Shown piece after piece: positions 10,183 through 19,776 of a DNA stretch of 64,000 nucleotides. The DNA comes from Halobacteriovoraceae bacterium (GTDB lineage: Bacteria; Bdellovibrionota; Bacteriovoracia; Bacteriovoracales; Bacteriovoracaceae): positions 192,001 to 256,000 of the forward strand of contig CAVRCF010000002.1 of assembly GCA_963719505.1 (NCBI GenBank), written 5' to 3'. Below the pieces are notes generated by a model, which worked only from the letters and a program-made list of their open reading frames with translations, did no database searches and was not told the origin of the DNA. The position numbers were made by a program, and so were the translations under genes. Each line of letters starts with the position of its first letter. Position 1 is the first letter of the stretch.

Positions 10183-13100
10183 ATGATAAATAAAATTATA
10201 CAGTTCTCAGTTAATAGTCGAATGTTCATTTTTATGGCTACGCTTGTTTTGCTTATCTTTGGTTATCGATCTTTTCAAACTTTATCTATAGATGCTGTTC
10301 CAGATATAACCAACACTCAGGTTCAAATCAATACTCCAGTAAAAGGACTTGTCCCTGAAGAAATAGAAAGAATGGTTACATTTCCACTTGAGTATTCAAT
10401 GAACGGTATTCCTGGAGTTGAAACTATCCGCTCAATTTCAAGATTTGGAATTTCACAAGTTACAATCATATTTAAAGAAGATGTTAATATACTAACAGCG
10501 AGACAATTAGTTAGTGAAAAACTACAAAACGTTAATTTACCTGAGGGAGTTGTCCCTGAGATGGGACCAATTAGTACTGGACTTGGAGAAATCTTTCATT
10601 ATTCAGTAACAGCTCGAAATGTAGAAACAGATTCTCAAAAGCGTCTAGTTCAACTTATGGAACTTAGGTCATTGCAAGATTGGTTTATTAAGCCTCGGTT
10701 ATTAACAGTTAAAGGTGTTACTGAAGTTAATACAATCGGTGGATATGAGAAGCAATTTTTTATTCAGCCAAATATTAAAAAGATGACTAAATTTGGTCTT
10801 CATTTTGATGATATTGAACAAGCTATTGAACAAACAAATATTAATGTCGGTGGTGGATATATCCAGCAAACTGGAGAGCAGCTTCTTGTTAGAGGTGTTG
10901 GTCTATTACAAAAATTTGAAGATATTGAAAAAGTCGTTGTTAAAAGACTTTCAGATTATCAAGTTATAAAAATTAAAGATATTGCACAAGTTAAATACGA
11001 TAAGCAAATTCGAACAGGAGCTGCTACTGTTAACGGTGAAGAAAGTATTATCGGTACCGCCTTTATGCTTCTTGGTGAAAACAGTAGAACTGTCTCTGAT
11101 GATGTAAACACTAAGCTGATGCAAATTCAAAAAGACTTACCGTCTTGGGTTAAGCTTGATGTCCTCTATAATAGATCTGATATGGTTGATGCGACACTAG
11201 GAACAGTTCAACATAATCTTTTTATGGGGGCTGGATTAGTTATACTTTTTCTTCTTTTATTGGTTGGTAATCTTAGAGCTGCAATAATCACATCAATCAT
11301 TATTCCTATTTCGTTGTTGATAACTTTTATTCTTATGAAATGGCAAAATGTTTCTGGAAACCTTATGAGTTTAGGAGCTTTAGACTTTGGTATTATTGTT
11401 GATGGTGCTGTTATTGTTATTGAGAACTGTGTTCATAAATTACAAAAAGAAGGTAAGAGACTTGGTAGAGAACTTACTCGTCAGGAAGTGAAAAATTATG
11501 TCACTGAAGCCGCTATTGAAATTAGATCAGCAGCGGGATTTGGTGAGTTAATTGTTATCATCGTTTTTGTTCCTCTTTTTGCACTGACGGGGGTTGAAGG
11601 TAAAATGTTTGGACCTATGGCACAAACTTTCATTATGGCTCTATGTTCAGCATTAGTACTATCGTTTACTCTAGTACCTGCTTTAGCGGCAACATTTCTA
11701 AGCGGGAAAACGAAAGATAAGAAACCATATCTTATGAATCTAGCTGAACAAGCATTTAGTCCTGTTCTTAACAAAGCTTTAGCATTCAAAAAAATTGTTC
11801 TAGGAATTGGGGTTGCTTCAATTCTTGGAGGTGTATTTCTTTTTTCTCAAATGGGATCAGAGTTTATTCCGCAGTTAGATGAAGGTGACTTTGCACTTCA
11901 ATTTATAAGGCCTGCTAATATCAGTACAGAGAACTCCGTTAAATTACAAATGCTTTCAGAGAAAGTTGTAAGTGAATTTCCGCAAGTAAAGAATGTATTT
12001 GCTAGAACTGGAGCAGCTGAAGTCGCAACAGATCCAATGGGAGTGAACATCTCTGATTCTTACGTAATGCTTCAGAAGCGTGATGACTGGCCTGATGATG
12101 ATAATATTCAAACAAAACAAGATTTGATTAAAGCTATTAAAGAAAAAATAGAACTTTACGTTCCAGCACAGGTTCTTATGGTCTCTCAACCAGTTGAGCT
12201 TCGGTTTAACGAGCTTCTTGAAGGAACTAGAGCAGATGTTTCTGCTAAAGTATTTGGAGATGATCTAGATAAAATTATTGGCTATTCTAAGCAGGTTGCT
12301 CAAATTGTAGGGGAAATTGAGGGAGCTGGCGAAGTTGAATCTGAATCTAAGGGGAAATCTCCAATGATTCAATATAATCCTAAGATTGAAGAGTTAGCTC
12401 AATTAGGGGTTACTGCTAGACCAGTTTTAGATGCGATCAGTACTGCTATTGGTGGTAAAGAAATAGGTCATGTCTACGATGGAGTGAAAAAATTTCCAAT
12501 TGTTACTAGACTATCCGAAGAAGAGAGAAAAGATGTATTTACGATTAGCCAACTTCCTGTTGGTATCTCTGAAGGATATACTGTTCCAATTGAACAAGTT
12601 GCAGATATTAACTTTGTAGAAACATTTACGGCTGTTGCTAGAGAAAATTCGCAAAGAAGAGTCGCTGTTCTTATTAACCCAGAAACTAGAGATATAGAGA
12701 CATTTGTTAACACTGCTAAAAAGCTTGTTGATGAAAAAATTGACCTTCCTGAGGGGTATTATGTTGAGTGGGGTGGAAGCTTTAAGAATCTTCAAAGTGC
12801 TAAAGAGCGATTAGCCATTTTGGTTCCTCTTGCAATGCTTATTATTATTGGAATGCTTTATGCTGCTTTTAAAAACTTTGCTCAAGTTATATTGATTTTT
12901 GCATGTGCTCCTATGGCTCTTATCGGAGGGGTAATATCTTTAAATTTATTGGGACTACCATTTAGTATCTCTGCTGGAGTAGGTTTTATTGCTTTATCTG
13001 GAATTAGTATTTTGAATGGAGTCGTACTAGTGACCTATTTTAATCGTTTGATAGCTGATGGAAAAAGCCCTGACGATGTCGTTAGAGAAGGGGCAATGTC

Positions 13101-13323
13101 TAGGCTAAGACCAGTTTTAATGACTGCCTTAACGGATATTTTTGGATTTCTTCCAATGATGTTTTCATCAGGATTGGGAGCAGAGGTTCAGAAGCCTTTA
13201 GCAACAGTTGTCGTTGGAGGTATTTTTACCGCTACGATCTTAACTCTAATAGTGATTCCATCTCTTTACAGATTGTTTATTAAACATATGCAACCATCTT
13301 TAGAGTTAAAGAAAAGTTTATAA
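10183..13323 (+). CDS. czcA: CzcA/CusA-family heavy-metal RND permease (divalent-cation type)
   Basis: 1046 aa; IDAVPDITN, LGALDFGIIVDGAVIVIEN, RLRPVLMTAL. Confidence 0.93.
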   Translation: MINKIIQFSVNSRMFIFMATLVLLIFGYRSFQTLSIDAVPDITNTQVQINTPVKGLVPEEIERMVTFPLEYSMNGIPGVETIRSISRFGISQVTIIFKEDVNILTARQLVSEKLQNVNLPEGVVPEMGPISTGLGEIFHYSVTARNVETDSQKRLVQLMELRSLQDWFIKPRLLTVKGVTEVNTIGGYEKQFFIQPNIKKMTKFGLHFDDIEQAIEQTNINVGGGYIQQTGEQLLVRGVGLLQKFEDIEKVVVKRLSDYQVIKIKDIAQVKYDKQIRTGAATVNGEESIIGTAFMLLGENSRTVSDDVNTKLMQIQKDLPSWVKLDVLYNRSDMVDATLGTVQHNLFMGAGLVILFLLLLVGNLRAAIITSIIIPISLLITFILMKWQNVSGNLMSLGALDFGIIVDGAVIVIENCVHKLQKEGKRLGRELTRQEVKNYVTEAAIEIRSAAGFGELIVIIVFVPLFALTGVEGKMFGPMAQTFIMALCSALVLSFTLVPALAATFLSGKTKDKKPYLMNLAEQAFSPVLNKALAFKKIVLGIGVASILGGVFLFSQMGSEFIPQLDEGDFALQFIRPANISTENSVKLQMLSEKVVSEFPQVKNVFARTGAAEVATDPMGVNISDSYVMLQKRDDWPDDDNIQTKQDLIKAIKEKIELYVPAQVLMVSQPVELRFNELLEGTRADVSAKVFGDDLDKIIGYSKQVAQIVGEIEGAGEVESESKGKSPMIQYNPKIEELAQLGVTARPVLDAISTAIGGKEIGHVYDGVKKFPIVTRLSEEERKDVFTISQLPVGISEGYTVPIEQVADINFVETFTAVARENSQRRVAVLINPETRDIETFVNTAKKLVDEKIDLPEGYYVEWGGSFKNLQSAKERLAILVPLAMLIIIGMLYAAFKNFAQVILIFACAPMALIGGVISLNLLGLPFSISAGVGFIALSGISILNGVVLVTYFNRLIADGKSPDDVVREGAMSRLRPVLMTALTDIFGFLPMMFSSGLGAEVQKPLATVVVGGIFTATILTLIVIPSLYRLFIKHMQPSLELKKSL

Positions 13324-13357
13324 ATAAAGTTAGTAACTAATTATAAGGAGTAATATA

Positions 13358-13687
13358 ATGAAGCTATTGTTAATCAGTATTTTAAGTATGTTTTTGTTAT
13401 CATCGTGTGCCCATCATCATAAAGATGTAGAGCACCATCATCACAAATCATGTGATGCGAATTGTAAGATTCAACATGAAAAAGGTGAGATGTTTGAAAA
13501 GCATTGTGCTCAATCTGTTGCGGAAGGGGATCTACATGTAAAGGGGAGTGATGAGTACAAAATCAGCCATGGCGATGAAATCTACTACTTTTCTACAGAG
13601 AAAAAATTGAAAGAATTTAAAAAACACTTAACTAAAAATGCCAAGAACGCTAGACAAAATTGGGATGCAGGGTCATCTAGAAGGTAA
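13358..13687 (+). CDS. His-rich YHS-like domain lipoprotein
   Basis: Lipobox LSSC, HHH tracts, HGDEIYYFST; paralogue of 26064..26390. Confidence 0.7.
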   Translation: MKLLLISILSMFLLSSCAHHHKDVEHHHHKSCDANCKIQHEKGEMFEKHCAQSVAEGDLHVKGSDEYKISHGDEIYYFSTEKKLKEFKKHLTKNAKNARQNWDAGSSRR

Positions 13688-13689
13688 TT

Positions 13690-14559
13690 ATGGGACACGA
13701 CCATTCACATGGACAAGACTCTAAGAATATTTTAGTCGCATTCGCTTTGAATGCGACATTTTCAATCATTGAACTAATTGGTGGGTATCTCACGAATAGT
13801 GTCGCAATCTATTCAGATGCTCTTCATGACTTTGGAGATAGCTTAGCTCTATTATTTTCATACTTCGCTGAGAAATTAAGTCATAAAGGTGCTGATGAGA
13901 AGTTTACTTTTGGCTATAGACGTTTTTCTATTTTATCAGCTCTTGTAAACGGTATTATTCTTCTTGGAGGAAGCGTCTTTGTTATTATTGAAGCCGTTAA
14001 AAGAGTAATGAATCCTGAGGTCGTTAAACCAGAGGGCATGCTTTGGCTTGCAATCTTAGGAATTGTCGTAAACTCAGTCGCAGCTTATAGAATGTCTAAG
14101 AATAAAGGTGTTAACCCTAGGATGGTTATGCTCCATTTACTTGAGGATCTGTATGGGTGGGTTGCTGTATTAGCAGTCAGCATCATTTTAATGTATAAAC
14201 CTTGGTATTTCTTAGATTCAGCTCTATCAATCTTAATCTCTTTTGTTATTCTTCGGGGAGTTTATAAGAATTTAAAGAAAGTAGCTCTCATTTTTCTTCA
14301 AAAATTTCCAGAAGAAATTGATTTAGATGATATTAAAGATAAAATTTTAAAATTAAAACCAGTCGAAGATGTTCATGCCATAAAGGGACTATCCTTAGAT
14401 GGTGAAAGCTTTTATTTGAGATGTCATATCAAAGTCGCAAGTAATACTTCAATTAATTTGCTCGACAGTTTAAGAAGTGAAATAAAGGTACTATTAAAGG
14501 AAAAGAATATTTCCTGTTCTACGTTGGAGTTTGAATCATCAAGATGTAATGAAAATTGA
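13690..14559 (+). CDS. czcD: Cation diffusion facilitator (CzcD-like Zn/Co/Cd exporter)
   Basis: MGHDHSH, SDALHDFGD, FTFGYRRFSIL, LHLLED. Confidence 0.88.
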   Translation: MGHDHSHGQDSKNILVAFALNATFSIIELIGGYLTNSVAIYSDALHDFGDSLALLFSYFAEKLSHKGADEKFTFGYRRFSILSALVNGIILLGGSVFVIIEAVKRVMNPEVVKPEGMLWLAILGIVVNSVAAYRMSKNKGVNPRMVMLHLLEDLYGWVAVLAVSIILMYKPWYFLDSALSILISFVILRGVYKNLKKVALIFLQKFPEEIDLDDIKDKILKLKPVEDVHAIKGLSLDGESFYLRCHIKVASNTSINLLDSLRSEIKVLLKEKNISCSTLEFESSRCNEN

Positions 14560-14601
14560 AAAGTCGATAAGTTCTAATTTCTTTGAAGTATAGATTATAT
14601 T

Positions 14602-14621
14602 TTGTTAGGCATGCTTGACAA
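14602..14621. promoter_or_regulatory. DtxR/MntR-type operator
   Basis: Imperfect palindrome TTGTTAGGCATGCTTGACAA about 50 bp upstream of the DtxR-family gene. Confidence 0.6.
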
Positions 14622-14673
14622 GTTTGTGTCTCTTGTTTTATGTTTGGTTATTCAAACAAATGATAGGGATGCA

Positions 14674-15207
14674 ATGGATTTCCAATTTGAACAATACTGG
14701 AAAGAGTTTAATGATAATGAGTTGTCACACTCTGAAACTCACTATATTTTAGCTTTATACTCTCTACTAAAGACTAAAAAATCCATAAGAGCCGTTGAAC
14801 TTTCAAAAGAATTAGATATTAGTCGGAATGCAGTCTCACTTCAATTAAAAAAACTATCTGAAAAGAACCTAATAAAAGTCTCTGATAATCAAATATCTTT
14901 ACCGGAAAAGACAATTCAATTAATTGAGAAAATAGCGAATAAGCGCCAGACAATGATTGTGTTCTTCTCTGAAGTGCTTGGATTACCCATGTCCATTGCA
15001 GCATCCGATAGTTGTAAGATAGAGCACTTACTATCAGATGAGACGGGAAATTCTTTGCTTAAATTTGTTCAGTTTCTTCGTTCAGACCGTAAAATTGTTT
15101 TAGAATTTCTAAAAGAATTTCAAAAATACTATCTGGATTGTGATCCTGAAATTGGTTGTGGGCTTTGCGAAAATATTCATATAATGGAGAAAAAAAATGA
15201 TAACTAA
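14674..15207 (+). CDS. DtxR/MntR-family metal-dependent repressor
   Basis: SETHYILALY, wHTH, DSCKIEHLLS; likely start is ATG 14674 after AGGGA. Confidence 0.85.
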   Translation: MDFQFEQYWKEFNDNELSHSETHYILALYSLLKTKKSIRAVELSKELDISRNAVSLQLKKLSEKNLIKVSDNQISLPEKTIQLIEKIANKRQTMIVFFSEVLGLPMSIAASDSCKIEHLLSDETGNSLLKFVQFLRSDRKIVLEFLKEFQKYYLDCDPEIGCGLCENIHIMEKKNDN

Positions 15208-17095
15208 AAAAATTGTTGCGTTTATAATAATATTATCTTCTTTTAGTACTTTTGGATCAAACAAACAAAATGAACTAGCTGTTCATCTTCTTAGCTACTT
15301 AGCTCAAGACTACGGTGAGGCAGTTCAAGACGGTGTGATAGTTAGTAAAGAAGAGTACCAAGAGCAAATTGATTTCATTTCAGAAGTAGTTCGGATATCT
15401 GAAACAAATAATTATGACAAAGCACTAAAAGATTCAATTGCCAGCTTGAATTCAAAAATCTTATTGAAAGATAGAGTTTTAGTCGTATCTGAAGCGGCAA
15501 CAAGATCAAAGTCAGCTATTTTAAAAAAATATAACCTATTAACTTTTCCCTCTAAAACTATCGATCTTGTAAAAGCCAATAAGTTATATATGAATAACTG
15601 TATGAGTTGTCACGGAGAAACAGGAAGAGGAGATGGTATTTCTGGGAAAGGGTTAGAACCAGCTCCTACAGATTTTCATGATCTTGAAAGAATGCATAAC
15701 GTTTCACCTTACGGGGCATTTAATACTATTTCTTTAGGTGTTAATGGCACAGGAATGGCATCTCATGATTATATTTCAGAAGAAGATCGCTGGTCACTGG
15801 CCTATTATATTTCTGCTTTTCGATTTGGAAATATTAAAGAAATAAAAAGTTTAAAATTAGATATTAAAGAAAGTTCAGCTTTATCTGATAACGAAATAAA
15901 AGAAATTTATAGTATTGATGAGGAAGAGTTTCTTGGAGTTTTGTCAAGCGTCAGAAATACAAAAGCAAGTCCACCAAGTGCTGGTGGCGAAGGCCAACTT
16001 GAAATTCATCTTAATAAAGCAATAAAAGATTTAAAAAATAGTTTTAACTTATATAAGTCGGGACAAATTGACGATGCTAAGAATCTTTCGTTAATAGCTT
16101 ACTTGAAAGGTATAGAGCCAGTTGAGGGCATATTAAGGAGTCAAGATAGTGAAATTGTCAATAAGATCGAAGGCGAGTTATCTAAATATAGACACCTACT
16201 TAATGAGAAGGACTCAGTAAACGAAATTGAAAATGTTTTGAATCCAATATTACTTCAATTGGAAAAATTTAAAAATCAAGCTTCTTTTGATAAAGTTAAT
16301 AGTTCTTCATTTCTTATGTCTTTTGGTATTGTTTTAAGAGAGGCGTTTGAAGCTGGCTTAATTCTATTTCTACTGTTAGGCATAACTAGAAAGGCTAGAG
16401 CGAGTAAGTTTAATAAAAAAATTCACTTGGGTTGGATATCTTCACTTACTCTCGGTATTTTGTTATTTGTAATCCTCGAATTATTCTTTGAGGTCTCAGG
16501 AGAGCTTGCGGAATCTATTGAGGGGTACACCGCCATTATTGCATCAGTAATGCTATTCTACGTCGGATACTGGCTTCATAAGAATACTGACGTAAAAAAG
16601 ATTCAAGATACACTCTCAAGTGCCTTAAATACTTCTGTTAGTTCTGGAAAAGGAAATGCACTTTTTTTGATTTCATTTGCATCTTGCTTTCGTGAAGTAT
16701 TTGAAACTATACTTTTTTTAAAGATTATAATAATAGACGGACATAATGTGTTTTATGTTGGATTGGGTGCCATTATTGCAATTGGTTTAACTATGGGGAT
16801 TATTAGCTTTGCTATTAAATATTCGATTAAGTTAAATTTAAAGTATTTATTTAAAGCATCTACAGTACTGATTGTTGGATTGTCGATTATATTCCTTGGT
16901 AGGGGAATCGGTGCTTTACAAAAAACCGGAGTTTTAGATCAAACTAGAATTGATATTCTCTCTCTTCCATCAATAGGTTTTAATTCTACTTTAGAAGTTT
17001 TGATCGCCCAAATTTTAGTTATTAGCTTTATCTTTATCGTTGTGTGTTTGGAGACCTTTAATAAGACTAAACTTTTAAAAGAGGGTATTAAATAA
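15197..17095 (+). CDS. Cytochrome c / FTR1-family iron (or lead, PbrT-like) permease
   Basis: CMSCH heme motif; two RExxE motifs (LREAFE, FREVFE); TM C-terminal half. Confidence 0.88.
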   Translation: MITKKIVAFIIILSSFSTFGSNKQNELAVHLLSYLAQDYGEAVQDGVIVSKEEYQEQIDFISEVVRISETNNYDKALKDSIASLNSKILLKDRVLVVSEAATRSKSAILKKYNLLTFPSKTIDLVKANKLYMNNCMSCHGETGRGDGISGKGLEPAPTDFHDLERMHNVSPYGAFNTISLGVNGTGMASHDYISEEDRWSLAYYISAFRFGNIKEIKSLKLDIKESSALSDNEIKEIYSIDEEEFLGVLSSVRNTKASPPSAGGEGQLEIHLNKAIKDLKNSFNLYKSGQIDDAKNLSLIAYLKGIEPVEGILRSQDSEIVNKIEGELSKYRHLLNEKDSVNEIENVLNPILLQLEKFKNQASFDKVNSSSFLMSFGIVLREAFEAGLILFLLLGITRKARASKFNKKIHLGWISSLTLGILLFVILELFFEVSGELAESIEGYTAIIASVMLFYVGYWLHKNTDVKKIQDTLSSALNTSVSSGKGNALFLISFASCFREVFETILFLKIIIIDGHNVFYVGLGAIIAIGLTMGIISFAIKYSIKLNLKYLFKASTVLIVGLSIIFLGRGIGALQKTGVLDQTRIDILSLPSIGFNSTLEVLIAQILVISFIFIVVCLETFNKTKLLKEGIK

Positions 17096-17896
17096 ATGAA
17101 AAAATCCATCATATACATTAAAAAAATGGATTGTCCGTCAGAAATTAAAATGATTGAAGGTTTATTTGAAAATTTAGATAGCTCTATAAAAATAAGCTTT
17201 AACTTATCATCTAGAGAATGTGAGTTTTACCATAACAATAAATCTGAAACTATCCTTGAAAGACTGGGAACTATCGGTCTACCAGGAGTTTTAGTTTCTG
17301 ACGAAGAGATTAAAGAAGACAATATTCCCAATATATCTCAAAGTGTAGAATCAAAGACTTTGAGATACTTATTAATTATCAATTTTTCCATGTTTATTGT
17401 TGAGATATTATTTGGTTTATATGCTCAGTCGACAGGCCTCATCGCTGATGGTTTAGATATGCTTGCTGATTCTTTCGTATATGCAATTAGTCTTTATGCT
17501 GTAGGAAAAGCAATTTCCACAAAAACTAAAGCTGCTAAGTCAAGTGGTATTATGCAGATTACGTTGGGTTTACTTTGCTTATTTGAGGTTGCACGCAAAT
17601 TTATTTACGGAAGCGAGCCAATATCTAGTCTTATGATTATTGTTTCTGTTTGTGCTTTGATTGCAAATGTAGTGTGTTTAGCTCTTATTCACAAACATAA
17701 AGATGGTGAAATCCATATGAAAGCAAGTTGGATATTCTCAGCAAATGATGTGATCGTTAATGTGGGCGTAATTGTATCTGGTGCATGCGTATACTTTTTT
17801 GATAGTAATATCCCCGATTTACTTATTGGAGGGTTTGTATCATTTGTTGTTATAAAAGGTGGGGTTTCGATAATAAAAATGAGTAATATAAAATAA
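17096..17896 (+). CDS. HMA-domain + cation-efflux (CDF-like) transporter
   Basis: N-terminal MDCPSE; STGLIADGLDMLAD; WIFSANDV. Confidence 0.85.
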   Translation: MKKSIIYIKKMDCPSEIKMIEGLFENLDSSIKISFNLSSRECEFYHNNKSETILERLGTIGLPGVLVSDEEIKEDNIPNISQSVESKTLRYLLIINFSMFIVEILFGLYAQSTGLIADGLDMLADSFVYAISLYAVGKAISTKTKAAKSSGIMQITLGLLCLFEVARKFIYGSEPISSLMIIVSVCALIANVVCLALIHKHKDGEIHMKASWIFSANDVIVNVGVIVSGACVYFFDSNIPDLLIGGFVSFVVIKGGVSIIKMSNIK

Positions 17897-18239
17897 GTTT
17901 TATAAACTAGAATAATGACCTTAGTATATTCTTTTAATGTTAGATCATCTTATTGTTTAATTGACTTTTGTGCCTAAATATTCTGTATGGAATTGGTAAC
18001 TCTTCTCGGGACTTTCCAGTTATTTTTCCTTAAATGGTTTCTCTATGTCAATGTAACCAGTAATTGTACTGAGATGTTCAAGGGATCGACTTTAACTAGT
18101 CACGCTACAAACTGGTGGAGTGTACATAATTCGTCAACTATAGGGTATTTGCAAAATATTTAGATTTATTAACAGTTGATCTCTAAAAAAGAATAGATAA
18201 AGCAAAAGTTATTTCGTATATTTAACATGCGAGGTAAAT

Positions 18240-18524
18240 ATGAGTGCTAAAACTGGTGCAGACCACAAAGACCAAATAACAAGAATAAATAGAATTGAAG
18301 GCCAAGTTCGTGGCATAAAGTCGATGATTGAAGAAGATAAATATTGTGTTGATATTGTTAATCAAATTAAAGCAATTAGAAGCGCTTTAAAATCAGTTGA
18401 GTTTATAATCTTAGAAAAGCACCTAAATTGTTGCGTAAAGCAAGCAGCCAGCAAAAAAGATAAAAGAGACATCGATGAAAAAATCGACGAATTAATGAAG
18501 TTGATACGTAATATAAGCAAGTAG
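18240..18524 (+). CDS. csoR: CsoR-family metal-sensing repressor
   Basis: RINRIEGQVRGI..M..EDKYC..., then H-x3-C (KHLNCC): the Cys-His-Cys Cu(I) ligand set. Confidence 0.88.
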   Translation: MSAKTGADHKDQITRINRIEGQVRGIKSMIEEDKYCVDIVNQIKAIRSALKSVEFIILEKHLNCCVKQAASKKDKRDIDEKIDELMKLIRNISK

Positions 18525-18539
18525 TAATAGAATTTGAGA

Positions 18540-19058
18540 TTATATCAAAATCGCTCTTTTCACTTTTAAACCTAGATCAAACATAAAAAAACCACAAAAT
18601 GTAGCACCCACTACCCAAAAGTAAGTAAGCTCTTTATATATATCTGCGCCAAAGATCATAAAAATTGGCAAAACAAAAATAGACAATGCTAAATATAGTA
18701 TTAAGCTTTTAGATCTTATTAGCTTAATTTCTGATTCAGATAGTACACTTGAGACAAAAAATGCTCCAAAGCCCATAAAGATACCTCCACACATTACCAT
18801 GCAGACATTGCTTCCAAAGCTGTTGTGTAAATAATGAAAGAGTCCCAAATTACTTGTTAAGCTTAAATTAAACTGAGGACAAAAAAGAAGTGTTATAAAT
18901 CCTAAAATTAATTGAGTAACGATTAATTTGGAAATCACAATTTTGAATGATGGCTGTAAATCATCTCTTACCATCTTTAAAACTGAGACTGTTAACTCTA
19001 GTGGTGGGGCAGAAGTATTATTTTTTTGAAAATCGTTGAAATCATCAATATTCTTCAT
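18540..19058 (-). CDS. Membrane protein, possible Cys-containing anti-sigma factor
   Basis: Short soluble N-terminus, about 4 TM helices, FCPQF and CxxxCG motifs; RBS GAGGG. Confidence 0.6.
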   Translation of the reverse strand: MKNIDDFNDFQKNNTSAPPLELTVSVLKMVRDDLQPSFKIVISKLIVTQLILGFITLLFCPQFNLSLTSNLGLFHYLHNSFGSNVCMVMCGGIFMGFGAFFVSSVLSESEIKLIRSKSLILYLALSIFVLPIFMIFGADIYKELTYFWVVGATFCGFFMFDLGLKVKRAILI

Positions 19059-19141
19059 TTTTCCCTCAATTGTTCAAATAGTTAGTATTGCGAAGGTAAT
19101 AACTTAGAGTTAATCGTGGATTAATCTCTCTTATATAGTTA

Positions 19142-19168
19142 TACGATTTGAATTCTATATTTGTGACA
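19142..19168 (-). promoter_or_regulatory. ECF-type promoter TGTCACA-N16-CGTA facing 18540..19058
   Basis: Minus strand reads TGTCACA AATATAGAATTCAAAT CGTA; same motif and spacing as 19244-19270. Confidence 0.55.
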
Positions 19169-19182
19169 TATTATAAATTCTA

Positions 19183-19203
19183 TTATACCCTAAGGGGGTA
19201 TAA
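19183..19203. promoter_or_regulatory. CsoR-type operator
   Basis: TTATACCC-taagg-GGGTATAA, a perfect 8-bp inverted repeat with C/G tracts. Confidence 0.75.
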
Positions 19204-19243
19204 GTGATCATAATTACTATAGATTGTTGATAATTTATAAATT

Positions 19244-19270
19244 TGTCACAAAATACTTAATTAGATCGTA
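19244..19270 (+). promoter_or_regulatory. ECF-type promoter TGTCACA-N16-CGTA facing the cus-like operon
   Basis: TGTCACA AAATACTTAATTAGAT CGTA, ending 32 bp before ATG 19303. Confidence 0.55.
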
Positions 19271-19302
19271 ATAGTTAATGTACTAATAAAATAAGGTTTA
19301 TT

Positions 19303-19776
19303 ATGAGGCTACTACTTTTTTTAATATTTTCAAGTCTTGCTTTAGGCCATGGTGGTGTTAAACATGAAGAAGTTGATACGCCTAAGAGTATTAAGAGTAG
19401 CTCTGCACCTAATTATAAAAAAATTAAAAGCACGTATATTGAAAAAGTTAAACCAATTTTTAAAAAATCATGCTTTGATTGTCATAGTAATCAGGTGGAG
19501 TACCCTTGGTACTATAATATACCAGTAATAAAGCAAATGATTGATAGTGATATTGCTGAAGCTAAAACTCATTTAGACTTCTCTAACGACTATCCTTTTA
19601 AAAGCCATGAAACACCTTTAAAAGACTTAGAGAGTATCAAGCAGGTTGTTATTAGCGGAGATATGCCACCGATTGAATATAATTTACTTCATCCTAGTAA
19701 AAAGTTATCGGATAAAGAGAAATCTAGAGTTATTGACTGGGTGAATAAATCTATGGAGATATTAAAAAATGAATAA
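19303..19776 (+). CDS. Heme-binding (Haem_bd, cytochrome c-type) periplasmic protein
   Basis: Signal peptide, CFDCHS, YPWY, MPP..Y...HP. Confidence 0.85.
   Translation: MRLLLFLIFSSLALGHGGVKHEEVDTPKSIKSSSAPNYKKIKSTYIEKVKPIFKKSCFDCHSNQVEYPWYYNIPVIKQMIDSDIAEAKTHLDFSNDYPFKSHETPLKDLESIKQVVISGDMPPIEYNLLHPSKKLSDKEKSRVIDWVNKSMEILKNE

Noticed and set aside
14602-14673. N-terminal extension of the DtxR ORF in the track
   Set aside because: It coincides with the palindromic operator; ATG 14674 has an RBS
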